Source: a virus. Taken from it: 64,000 bases of DNA. Within the stretch, counting starts at the first letter, position 1, and each line of letters begins with the position of its first letter. The DNA lies in IMG/VR virus record IMGVR_UViG_3300046002_004363, positions 35,578 to 99,577 of that record; one strand, given 5' to 3'. The position numbers and the translations under genes are program-made. Shown in pieces: positions 28,770 to 36,134 of this stretch. The notes under the pieces are model-generated. The model was not told the origin of the DNA. It ran no database searches and was given only the letters and a program-made list of their open reading frames with translations.

Positions 28770-29144
28770 GCAAATCGTATTTTTAAACTTCGTGCTTGGG
28801 TTAGAAATGAATTAATGGTTAATGTCGTAAGTATAGATTTCAATAATGAATTTATAACTTGGGACGACAATCAATACGATAGATGTGTTCCTCCAAATAA
28901 ATGCTATGAAATTGAAACTTTTGATGATATTGTTTTAATGCAATTTACAAATTTTAAAGATAAAAAAGGAATTGACATTTATGAAGGAGATAAAATAAAA
29001 TACAAAAATTTCAAAGGTTATTCAACAATTGTTTTTGAAAACGGTGCTTTTGGTTATTACGGAATTTCTTGTTTTATTACTCTTTTAGAAACAAATGCAG
29101 AACATATAGAAGTTATTGGAAACGTCTTTCAGTATTCTGAATAA
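28716..29144 (+). CDS. YopX-family protein (cassette 4)
   Basis: FKLRAW...LMQFT..KDKKGIDIYEGD...EVIGNV. Confidence 0.85.
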   Translation: MIKHSENTEPSNSTKPVLANRIFKLRAWVRNELMVNVVSIDFNNEFITWDDNQYDRCVPPNKCYEIETFDDIVLMQFTNFKDKKGIDIYEGDKIKYKNFKGYSTIVFENGAFGYYGISCFITLLETNAEHIEVIGNVFQYSE

Positions 29145-29210
29145 TATGTTTGCTAACTACAACATTACATCATAAAAAATATTATTTTCTATTATTAACA
29201 CTTATAAACA

Positions 29211-29411
29211 ATGGAAATTTATACAGAAGTACATAGCTTTACTTTAACGAAAGAACAAAAGAAAATCTTAACCGATTTAAAGGCAAACAAAGTGAATGTT
29301 TCAAAGTTAATAAGAGAAATACTATTTAAGGAATTAACGTCAAAAGTTGACAAAAGAAAGAAACCAACAATTGACGATTTAAAAAATAGTTTAGATAACG
29401 TGTTTATTTAA
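29211..29411 (+). CDS. Ribbon-helix-helix-like small regulator
   Basis: SFTLT...NVSKLIREIL. Confidence 0.5.
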   Translation: MEIYTEVHSFTLTKEQKKILTDLKANKVNVSKLIREILFKELTSKVDKRKKPTIDDLKNSLDNVFI

Positions 29412-29485
29412 ATATAAATACTATATTTGCATACGGAGAAGCCGAACACCGAACATAGTAGGCAATACATTTTAAATTATATTAT

Positions 29486-29797
29486 ATGGCTCAATTGATT
29501 GCAGTTAGCGTTGACCTAACAAAAATTGACAAAACAAGAATCGTTGAAGGTAGAAATGGAGGTAAATACATAAACCTTACCATCTCTGTAAACGATGAGG
29601 AGGACCAATACGGAAACAATGTTTCTTTATGGCAGTCACAAACTAAGGAAGAGCGTGAGGCTAAGGAGAATAGATTGTTCTTAGGTAATGGGAAGTCATT
29701 ATGGAGTGATAGTGATAAAGGCACAAAAGCATCTAAGACTTCTAAGAAAGAAGAGGCTATTGCAAATGACGAACAACACAATGACCTGCCATTCTAA
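29486..29797 (+). CDS. Single-stranded DNA-binding protein (putative)
   Basis: Beta-rich core, acidic tail ending DLPF; promoter at 29422-29429. Confidence 0.65.
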   Translation: MAQLIAVSVDLTKIDKTRIVEGRNGGKYINLTISVNDEEDQYGNNVSLWQSQTKEEREAKENRLFLGNGKSLWSDSDKGTKASKTSKKEEAIANDEQHNDLPF

Positions 29798-29868
29798 AAA
29801 GGTAGTAAAATAAATTTGTAATTACCATTTTAATTCTCTATATTTGTATATCTTAAAAATATATAAGT

Positions 29869-30375
29869 ATGGAGAATTTAATTTTAAAAAAGGTTTGTTT
29901 TAAGTGTAATGAAGAAAAAGAAATCACAGAATATTACAAACATAAAGAAATGTCTGACGGTCATTTAAACAAGTGTAAAAATTGTACTAAAAAAGATTCT
30001 AAAATAACTTTAGAATTAAAAACATCTACTACAGAAGGTTTAGAAAAAGAACGTGCAAGGCATAGAGAAAAGTATAAGCGTTTAGGATATAAAGATAAGC
30101 AAAAAAAATGGGATGAAAAAAGACCACATACTAAAAGTAGTAAGTATAAAAACTTAAGTAGAAATAATAAAATACCTAAAGGTTTTGAAATACACCATTG
30201 GAATTATTTAGACATTTTTTTAGAAGACTTTTTTATACTACCAATAAAAGAACAACGAAAAGCACATACTTTTTTAAATAAACTAAATAATATTTTTGAA
30301 GGTTTAAATGGTGAAATATTAGACACAAGGGAAAAGCATTTTAATTATTTAGTTAGTAAAGGAATAGTGTTTTAG
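29869..30375 (+). CDS. Zn-finger HNH-like endonuclease
   Basis: CFKC...CKNC, EIHHWNY; own promoter at 29839-29846. Confidence 0.65.
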   Translation: MENLILKKVCFKCNEEKEITEYYKHKEMSDGHLNKCKNCTKKDSKITLELKTSTTEGLEKERARHREKYKRLGYKDKQKKWDEKRPHTKSSKYKNLSRNNKIPKGFEIHHWNYLDIFLEDFFILPIKEQRKAHTFLNKLNNIFEGLNGEILDTREKHFNYLVSKGIVF

Positions 30376-30458
30376 CAATCAAGCACTTAGATTATTAATT
30401 AAAACATTTGATTTAGAGGTTTTCATTGAGAAATACTACTAAATAACACAACTAACCT

Positions 30459-30491
30459 AAAGAGAGGTATCGTATGGTACTTCTCTTTTTT
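30459..30491 (+). terminator. Intrinsic terminator
   Basis: AAAGAGAGGTA-tcgtatgg-TACTTCTCTTTTTT. Confidence 0.65.
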
Positions 30492-30511
30492 AATACAAAA
30501 CAAATTAAATT

Positions 30512-31126
30512 ATGGCAACAAAAAACACAGAAAAGAAAATGAATTTATTTCAAAAATTATTAGAGATTCAAAAAGTAGTAGTTGGTCTTGGTAAGGATTC
30601 AAAATCATTCGGATACCAATATGTATCAGGTTCAAAGGTATTAGAACACATTAAGCCTATGATGAATGACTTAGGTATTATCTTAAAGCAAGAGATAATT
30701 GACATTGAGAATACAAGACAAGATTACGCAACAAAGAATGGATCTAAGACAGAGATACTAACTAAGGCGATTATGAGATTCACTTGGGTAGATTGTGAGA
30801 CTGGAGATAAAGATGAAAATTTATTTGCTGCTAATGGATTCAATGATTTTGATAAAGGCGTTGGATCTGCATTAACTTATGCCGAGAGATACTTCTTACT
30901 TAAGTACTTTCACATTGCTACTGATGAGGATGACATCGATAATCCTAATCGTAAGCCTACTGAGGTTACAAAACCTAATAACTCCACAACACCAACCCCT
31001 AAGAAACCAACAATAAGCGACTTATCAAAGGTTAAAGATGCACTAAAGAAAGATATGGAGACAACATTAAAGATGCTTGAGAAGTACGATATAACACCAG
31101 AACAGAAAAGAGAGTTGGGAATTTAA
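30512..31126 (+). CDS. ERF-family ssDNA annealing protein
   Basis: GSALTYAERYFLLKYFHIATDEDD. Confidence 0.9.
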   Translation: MATKNTEKKMNLFQKLLEIQKVVVGLGKDSKSFGYQYVSGSKVLEHIKPMMNDLGIILKQEIIDIENTRQDYATKNGSKTEILTKAIMRFTWVDCETGDKDENLFAANGFNDFDKGVGSALTYAERYFLLKYFHIATDEDDIDNPNRKPTEVTKPNNSTTPTPKKPTISDLSKVKDALKKDMETTLKMLEKYDITPEQKRELGI

Positions 31127-31152
31127 TTCCTGACTCTTAAATAAAGTAAGAT

Positions 31153-31866
31153 ATGAATAAAATAATTTTAATAGACGCTGACAGTTTTGCATACATAGGT
31201 AATAACTGCGAAGAAGTAGACCAAGCATACGATAAAGTAGACCAAGCAATATCAAATATCATAGCGACATCTGGAGCAAGTCATTACAAGGTTTTCATTG
31301 AAGCAATTGGAAACCAAACATTTAGACGTATTGCATTTAATTCTTATAAGTCAGGAAGAAAAAATAAAGAACTGCCAAAGTATTATAAAGACATAAAGCA
31401 ATACATAATTGAAACTTATAACCCATTCATTAGTTGTGGTGTTGAGAGTGATGATTCTATAATTTCAACACACAAGCATTTAAAAGAAGAATATCCGTTC
31501 ACAGAAATAATAATTGCAGCAATGGATAAAGACTATCTAACACACGAAATATCAAGGTTTGATACTTATTACAGCAGATTCGGAGAAATAAAAACAGTTA
31601 GCAAAAAAGAAGCTGAATTTAATTTTTATAAACAAATGATAGAAGGTGACTCTAGCGACTCCGTTTCTGGCGTTAAAGGTTCTGGTAAGGTAATGGCAGA
31701 GAAAGTCCTTAAAAATAGCTATAATTACTTTATATCGACCTGTAGGCATTATAAGTTAAAGCATAAGAATAAATGGAGGGATAGTTTTAAGAAAAATTAC
31801 TTCCTATTAAGGATAAGAGATGATGTTAGGTTTTGTAAAGAACTTGATTTAGTTGAGTTTGAATAA
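31153..31866 (+). CDS. 5'-3' exonuclease (T7 gp6/PolI N-terminal-like)
   Basis: LIDADS, FR..YK.GR, ESDD, DKD and GDSSDSVSGVKG motifs. Confidence 0.85.
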   Translation: MNKIILIDADSFAYIGNNCEEVDQAYDKVDQAISNIIATSGASHYKVFIEAIGNQTFRRIAFNSYKSGRKNKELPKYYKDIKQYIIETYNPFISCGVESDDSIISTHKHLKEEYPFTEIIIAAMDKDYLTHEISRFDTYYSRFGEIKTVSKKEAEFNFYKQMIEGDSSDSVSGVKGSGKVMAEKVLKNSYNYFISTCRHYKLKHKNKWRDSFKKNYFLLRIRDDVRFCKELDLVEFE

Positions 31867-31883
31867 TTTTTTTGTATCTTTGT

Positions 31884-31977
31884 GTTGCATTTGAAATCTC
31901 GACAATATAATGCAATAAAAATATTTGCCTTGCGATACGGATAGGAGTCGAGACCTTGAAGTATTGTGAGGCTTTTT
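31884..31977 (+). promoter_or_regulatory. Structured 5' leader (kissing loop plus terminator-like hairpin)
   Basis: Loop TCTCGAC complementary to loop GTCGAGA; follows promoter 31875-31882. Confidence 0.65.
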
Positions 31978-31990
31978 AATTTTAAAAGAT

Positions 31991-32725
31991 ATGTTAAAAA
32001 AATGTAGTAAATGTAAAGAAGAAAAAAAAATTGTTGAGTTTTCAAAAGACAAAACAAGAAAAGATGGTTATTATCATCAATGCAAAAGTTGTAGAAAAGA
32101 ATGGAGATTAAATAATAAAGAAAAGCAAAAAAAATACTATGATAATAATAAAGAAAGGATAAAAGAACGAGATAAAAAATATTATAAAGAAAATAAAGAA
32201 ATAATATCAATACAAAAAAAACAATACAAGCAAAAAAATAAAGAAAATATAACAGAACAAAGAAAACAATATAGAAAAGAAAATAAAGAATATATAAACA
32301 AATACGGAAAACAATACTATGAAAAAAATAAGGGTAAAATAAAAAAATGGCATGAAGAAAATAAAGAAAAAAGAAATGAATATGCAAGAAAATATAACAA
32401 ACAAAGAAAACAAACAGACTCATTATTCAAATTAAGAAATAATATTGGCTCTTTAATTTGTCATTCAATGAAAAATAAAGGATATACTAAACGTTCTAAA
32501 ACATTTGAGATACTAGGTTGTTCTTATGAAGAATTTAAGTTGCACATAGAAAAACAATTCAAAGATGGTATGAGTTGGGAAAATACTGGACAATGGCACT
32601 ACGACCATATTTACCCTGTATCTTTAGCTAAAGATGAAGAAGAATTAATTAAATTAAATCATTACACTAATTTTCAGCCGTTATGGGCTATTGATAACTT
32701 AAAAAAAGGAAATAAAATAATATAG
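31991..32725 (+). CDS. HNH homing endonuclease with N-terminal Zn finger
   Basis: CSKC...CKSC; K/E/Y repeats; WHYDHIYP...NHYTNFQPLW..NLKKGNK. Confidence 0.85.
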   Translation: MLKKCSKCKEEKKIVEFSKDKTRKDGYYHQCKSCRKEWRLNNKEKQKKYYDNNKERIKERDKKYYKENKEIISIQKKQYKQKNKENITEQRKQYRKENKEYINKYGKQYYEKNKGKIKKWHEENKEKRNEYARKYNKQRKQTDSLFKLRNNIGSLICHSMKNKGYTKRSKTFEILGCSYEEFKLHIEKQFKDGMSWENTGQWHYDHIYPVSLAKDEEELIKLNHYTNFQPLWAIDNLKKGNKII

Positions 32726-32729
32726 AATT

Positions 32730-33038
32730 ATGGCAAAACAAAAGGTAGAAGCATTTTTCCCTAAGGAGGAAGAAATCGCAATGGTAGGAGTGATTAATAA
32801 GGAGGTTAAGGTAGCTTTCTCAGTTGAGAAGGCAGACTACGGATTTTATGTGGTTAGGTATAACCTTAATGATAATTTAGAAGGTATTAAAGATACCATA
32901 AGTTATAAGAGGATTGATACGAATGAGAGTGATAGCAAAAGAAATAGAGTTATCTTTAGTAATCAAAGTGATGCGGAGAGAGAGGTTATTAAATCGTACA
33001 ATCAAGTGTTTAACTATATTCAAGAAAAAAGAAAGTAA
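32730..33038 (+). CDS. Hypothetical protein
   Basis: Operon context. Confidence 0.55.
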   Translation: MAKQKVEAFFPKEEEIAMVGVINKEVKVAFSVEKADYGFYVVRYNLNDNLEGIKDTISYKRIDTNESDSKRNRVIFSNQSDAEREVIKSYNQVFNYIQEKRK

Positions 33039-33040
33039 TT

Positions 33041-33292
33041 ATGGAAACAATTAAGGAGAAAATTATCAGTAGAGTAAATGTGATATACAATACTCTAATC
33101 AAGGTAAACAAAAAAGACTCTGTATCTGAAGATGTTAAGAGCATTAGGTTTGTAGTATTCAATGGTAAGACCACAGAAGAATCAATTAAGATTAAGAAAA
33201 TGTTTGATGTAGTCTTCGAGAGAGAATTAAGCAAGAGGTTACAAGAGGCAAACAACGAATTAAGTATAATTAATAACCATATAAATAAATAA
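33041..33292 (+). CDS. Hypothetical protein
   Basis: Operon context. Confidence 0.5.
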   Translation: METIKEKIISRVNVIYNTLIKVNKKDSVSEDVKSIRFVVFNGKTTEESIKIKKMFDVVFERELSKRLQEANNELSIINNHINK

Positions 33293-33296
33293 GATT

Positions 33297-33779
33297 ATGT
33301 ATTTAGACGAAGTAATCTACAATATTGTAGTAAATGAAGCAAAAGAGATTAAGGGAGAAGAAACTAAATCATTTGTGGGCAGAAAAATTAAGTGTATGAA
33401 AGACAATGCCAACCATACATTAGCTGTGAAGGGAGAGGTAGTTGAAGTGATTCATCAAGACGGAAGTGTATTAACCATAAGCAAACCAATAAATGGTATT
33501 GATGGTATGAAGATAACTTCTTGTATGATTGGTAAGGAATTTAAACTACTGAAGAAGAAAGGCAAGAAAGACACCATAGTTGAAGCAATTGTAGATAAAT
33601 TTAATGATAGAAGTGATGTTGGTATTAAGAAATACAACACTACATTAGATAGGGAAGACCTTACAACAGAGCAGTGGATTGATCACGCAATTGAGGAAGG
33701 AATGGATATGATTCTGTACTTAGAGAGATTGAAGAGAGATATAACCAATATTAAGAAAGCTGTAAGAGATGGAGAATAA
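33297..33779 (+). CDS. Protein with C-terminal all-alpha NTP-PPase-like domain
   Basis: GIKKYNTTLDREDL..W..HAIEEGMD..LY. Confidence 0.55.
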   Translation: MYLDEVIYNIVVNEAKEIKGEETKSFVGRKIKCMKDNANHTLAVKGEVVEVIHQDGSVLTISKPINGIDGMKITSCMIGKEFKLLKKKGKKDTIVEAIVDKFNDRSDVGIKKYNTTLDREDLTTEQWIDHAIEEGMDMILYLERLKRDITNIKKAVRDGE

Positions 33780-33999
33780 GACACTACAGAGGGTAATCTT
33801 TGAACTATCTGGGCAAAAGAACAATAGGGAGTTTGCAAAGTACATCAGGAGATCAGAGAGTTATACATCGAATATGATAAACTCAGATAAGAATATAAGT
33901 GTTGAACTTGGAATTGATATGATGCAGAGAATGTACTTAGATAAGGAGTTAATTAAGGAGGTTATATTAAATTATATAGATGAGGCTTTCTTTATTTAG
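33769..33999 (+). CDS. HTH transcriptional regulator-like protein
   Basis: NREFAKYIRRSESYTSNMIN. Confidence 0.55.
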   Translation: MENKTLQRVIFELSGQKNNREFAKYIRRSESYTSNMINSDKNISVELGIDMMQRMYLDKELIKEVILNYIDEAFFI

Positions 34000-34145
34000 A
34001 AGATAGTTCTTATATTTGCAAAGGTGCTTATCGCTGTCGGTATTCGGCAGTATCAGGAATAAGTTAAATGGTAGTTCATTCAGCCTTAAAGTAAAATAGC
34101 TAAGCTGTGTAAAGCGTTCAAACTGATAATTGATTAGAAGCTAAA

Positions 34146-34322
34146 TCGGGTGTGGCGGAATGCTAACAATGTGAGTTAAATCGTTAAGGTGTTTAATTCC
34201 TGTTGTTACTAGGTAGACGCAAAAAGATAAGGATAGTGTCATCGTGGGTGTGGAATGGAAAAAGCCCACACGAGTCCTTACTTGGAAATCCACAATTGCA
34301 GGTTCGAATCCTGTCACCCGAG
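34146..34322 (+). ncRNA. Enlarged tRNA-like RNA (Leu-type D/T arms, no canonical anticodon loop)
   Basis: Acceptor TCGGGTG/CACCCGA; TGGCGGAAT...GGTAGACGC; T arm GCAGG-TTCGAAT-CCTGT. Confidence 0.75.
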
Positions 34323-34329
34323 CATAGTA

Positions 34330-34478
34330 GTTTTCTTATGATAAAAATCTTTACAAATCCTGTAAGGTAGCTATTCCACTTGGTCGTTTCAACTGACAGT
34401 ATAAGAAAACGGTAAACTCATAATTGACTGTCAAAAGTGGATATGGATTGACAAATCGGAAAGACGATTATTTTTTTT
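34330..34478 (+). ncRNA. Putative pseudoknotted RNA ending in terminator
   Basis: GTTTTCTTATG/TATAAGAAAAC stem; crossing pairs TCCACTT/AAGTGGA and TGACAGT/ACTGTCA; AATCG-gaaaga-CGATT plus T tract. Confidence 0.5.
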
Positions 34479-34521
34479 AAACATATCTAAAATTGAATAT
34501 AAATATTTTGTATCTTTGCTG

Positions 34522-34627
34522 AGTAATTTCTGTGGAGGATTAATTACAATTGAAAATATTACAATATCATTAGAAACCTTATAAGGATTAGAGCCTCCAC
34601 CTCGAAACTTATAGGGTTTTCTGTTTT
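34522..34627 (+). promoter_or_regulatory. Structured 5' leader (kissing loop plus terminator-like hairpin)
   Basis: Loop GTGGAGG complementary to loop CCTCCAC; follows promoter 34511-34518. Confidence 0.65.
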
Positions 34628-34639
34628 AAATAATTTAGT

Positions 34640-35173
34640 ATGGAAAATAAAATAATTAACAATCAATTAAAAGCGTTTCAACTTATTGAGAGTGAAGATT
34701 CAGTCATATTTTTTAACGGATCTTGCTATGAAAACCCCTCAATTGATGAATTAAAGAGAATTAAAAAGCTAATAGATTCAACGATAAATAATTATGAATC
34801 TATATCTTTGGCTATACAAAAATCAAACAATATAATTCAAGAAGAAAGATTTAAAGAATTTGAAGATATATTTAAGCCAAAAAAAGCTAACAAACCTAAA
34901 AAAGGTATAATATATATTATGAAGTGTGGAAGAACAAATCTATATAAAATAGGTTTAACAACTGGAAATGTAAATACAAGATTTAATTCTTTAAAAACAG
35001 CAAATCCTAATATAAACTTGTTTAAATACTACAAAGAAGTAGTTGACCTATACAGCAAAGAAAGAGAATTACATGATTTATTTTGTAATAAAAGAATAGA
35101 TGGAGAATGGTTCGAACTTAATGAGTCAGACTTATGTGAAATAGATTTATTTTTTAACGTTGTGCCTTTTTAA
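34640..35173 (+). CDS. GIY-YIG (T5orf172-like) domain protein
   Basis: GIIYIM...YKIGLT...R...L.T.NP...ERELH..F...RIDGEWF. Confidence 0.85.
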   Translation: MENKIINNQLKAFQLIESEDSVIFFNGSCYENPSIDELKRIKKLIDSTINNYESISLAIQKSNNIIQEERFKEFEDIFKPKKANKPKKGIIYIMKCGRTNLYKIGLTTGNVNTRFNSLKTANPNINLFKYYKEVVDLYSKERELHDLFCNKRIDGEWFELNESDLCEIDLFFNVVPF

Positions 35174-35192
35174 TTTTTTAAACATAAAACAA

Positions 35193-36134
35193 ATGAATCA
35201 TAGTTTTAACGTAGATATAGCAAAAAAATATGGTGTAGAATTGGCTATAATTTTAGAAAATATGCAGTGGTGGATTGCTAAAAATAAAGCTAATAAAAAG
35301 CATTTTCATCAAGGAAGTTACTGGACATATAATTCTGTAAAAGCATTTTCTGAACTATTTCCTTATTGGTCTGTACATCAAATAGGCAGGTTTTTAAGAA
35401 GACTAGAAGACGAAGGTTTGATAGTGTCTAAAAACTTTAATAAGGCTGGATATGACAAGACAAAGTGGTATACAGTCAATGATAGCTTGATTTTGCAAAA
35501 TTGCAACATCGAATGTGCAGAAATGCACAATCCATTGTGTGAAAATGCACAACCTATACCAGATATAAACACAGATATAAATAATTCTCTTGTAGGGTCT
35601 TCTCAGACACCTACGAAAAAAGATTCTAAGAAAGATTTATTTAAAACCAAATTGTCAGAAATTGATGTTACTACACTTGATAAGCAAGAACAAGTATATT
35701 TTAAAATAGCTATTGGTTTTAGAGATTTGTTTATAAAGAACAAAAAGGCTTTAGGTGTTAATGATTTTAGAGACCAAGAAAACGCTACTTACAAAAATTA
35801 TGTTGACCCAATAAGATTATCTTTTACGCAAGATAAAAAAACAGAGGAAGATTTTAGAAAGGTGTATGCTTTTTTAATGAATGATGAATTCTGGATGAAG
35901 AATATAATGTCTACATCTAAGTTAAGAGAAAAAATGTCTGATTTACTGATAAGATCATCTTCTGTTCCGACTAAGAAACAAGTACTACCATCAGACTTTT
36001 GGGTAAGGGAATTAAGTGATGAGCAAAAGAAATTACTAAGCGATAAAGACTTAGCTACTTGGGAAAGACAGAAGACAGCAAGGCTTATGGAGGGTGGTAG
36101 AATGTTACCTATAAAAATAGAATATGAAAAATAA
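35193..36134 (+). CDS. Replication initiator (winged-helix, lambda O/DnaD-like; start revised)
   Basis: WTYNS...LFPYWS...L..EGLI...YDKTKWY; internal direct repeats; FWMKNIMS.SKLR; directly upstream of primase-helicase. Confidence 0.75.
   Translation: MNHSFNVDIAKKYGVELAIILENMQWWIAKNKANKKHFHQGSYWTYNSVKAFSELFPYWSVHQIGRFLRRLEDEGLIVSKNFNKAGYDKTKWYTVNDSLILQNCNIECAEMHNPLCENAQPIPDINTDINNSLVGSSQTPTKKDSKKDLFKTKLSEIDVTTLDKQEQVYFKIAIGFRDLFIKNKKALGVNDFRDQENATYKNYVDPIRLSFTQDKKTEEDFRKVYAFLMNDEFWMKNIMSTSKLREKMSDLLIRSSSVPTKKQVLPSDFWVRELSDEQKKLLSDKDLATWERQKTARLMEGGRMLPIKIEYEK

Larger units (their letters stand above)
27129..29157. mobile_element. Array of four attC-like gene cassettes, no integrase in window
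   Basis: Four TAAC...GTTA hairpin sites; each cassette body is bounded by its own 9-16 bp inverted repeat. Confidence 0.8.

Noticed and set aside
27129-29157. CRISPR array or simple terminators as explanation for the repeated hairpins
   Set aside because: The units are over 100 nt, divergent, separated by whole genes and lack T tracts; the cassette-specific inverted ends fit attC-like sites instead
31797-32423. Hydrophobic 208-aa minus-strand ORF and similar antisense ORFs elsewhere
   Set aside because: Shadow frames of A-rich, Lys-rich sense genes; no promoter or start context
34146-34322. Functional canonical tRNA-Leu or tmRNA
   Set aside because: No 7-nt anticodon loop; too short for tmRNA and no tag ORF
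34322-34400. Theta/HDV-like ribozyme 3' of the tRNA-like RNA
   Set aside because: I could not build the nested P1-P2-P3 HDV topology starting at the tRNA 3' end
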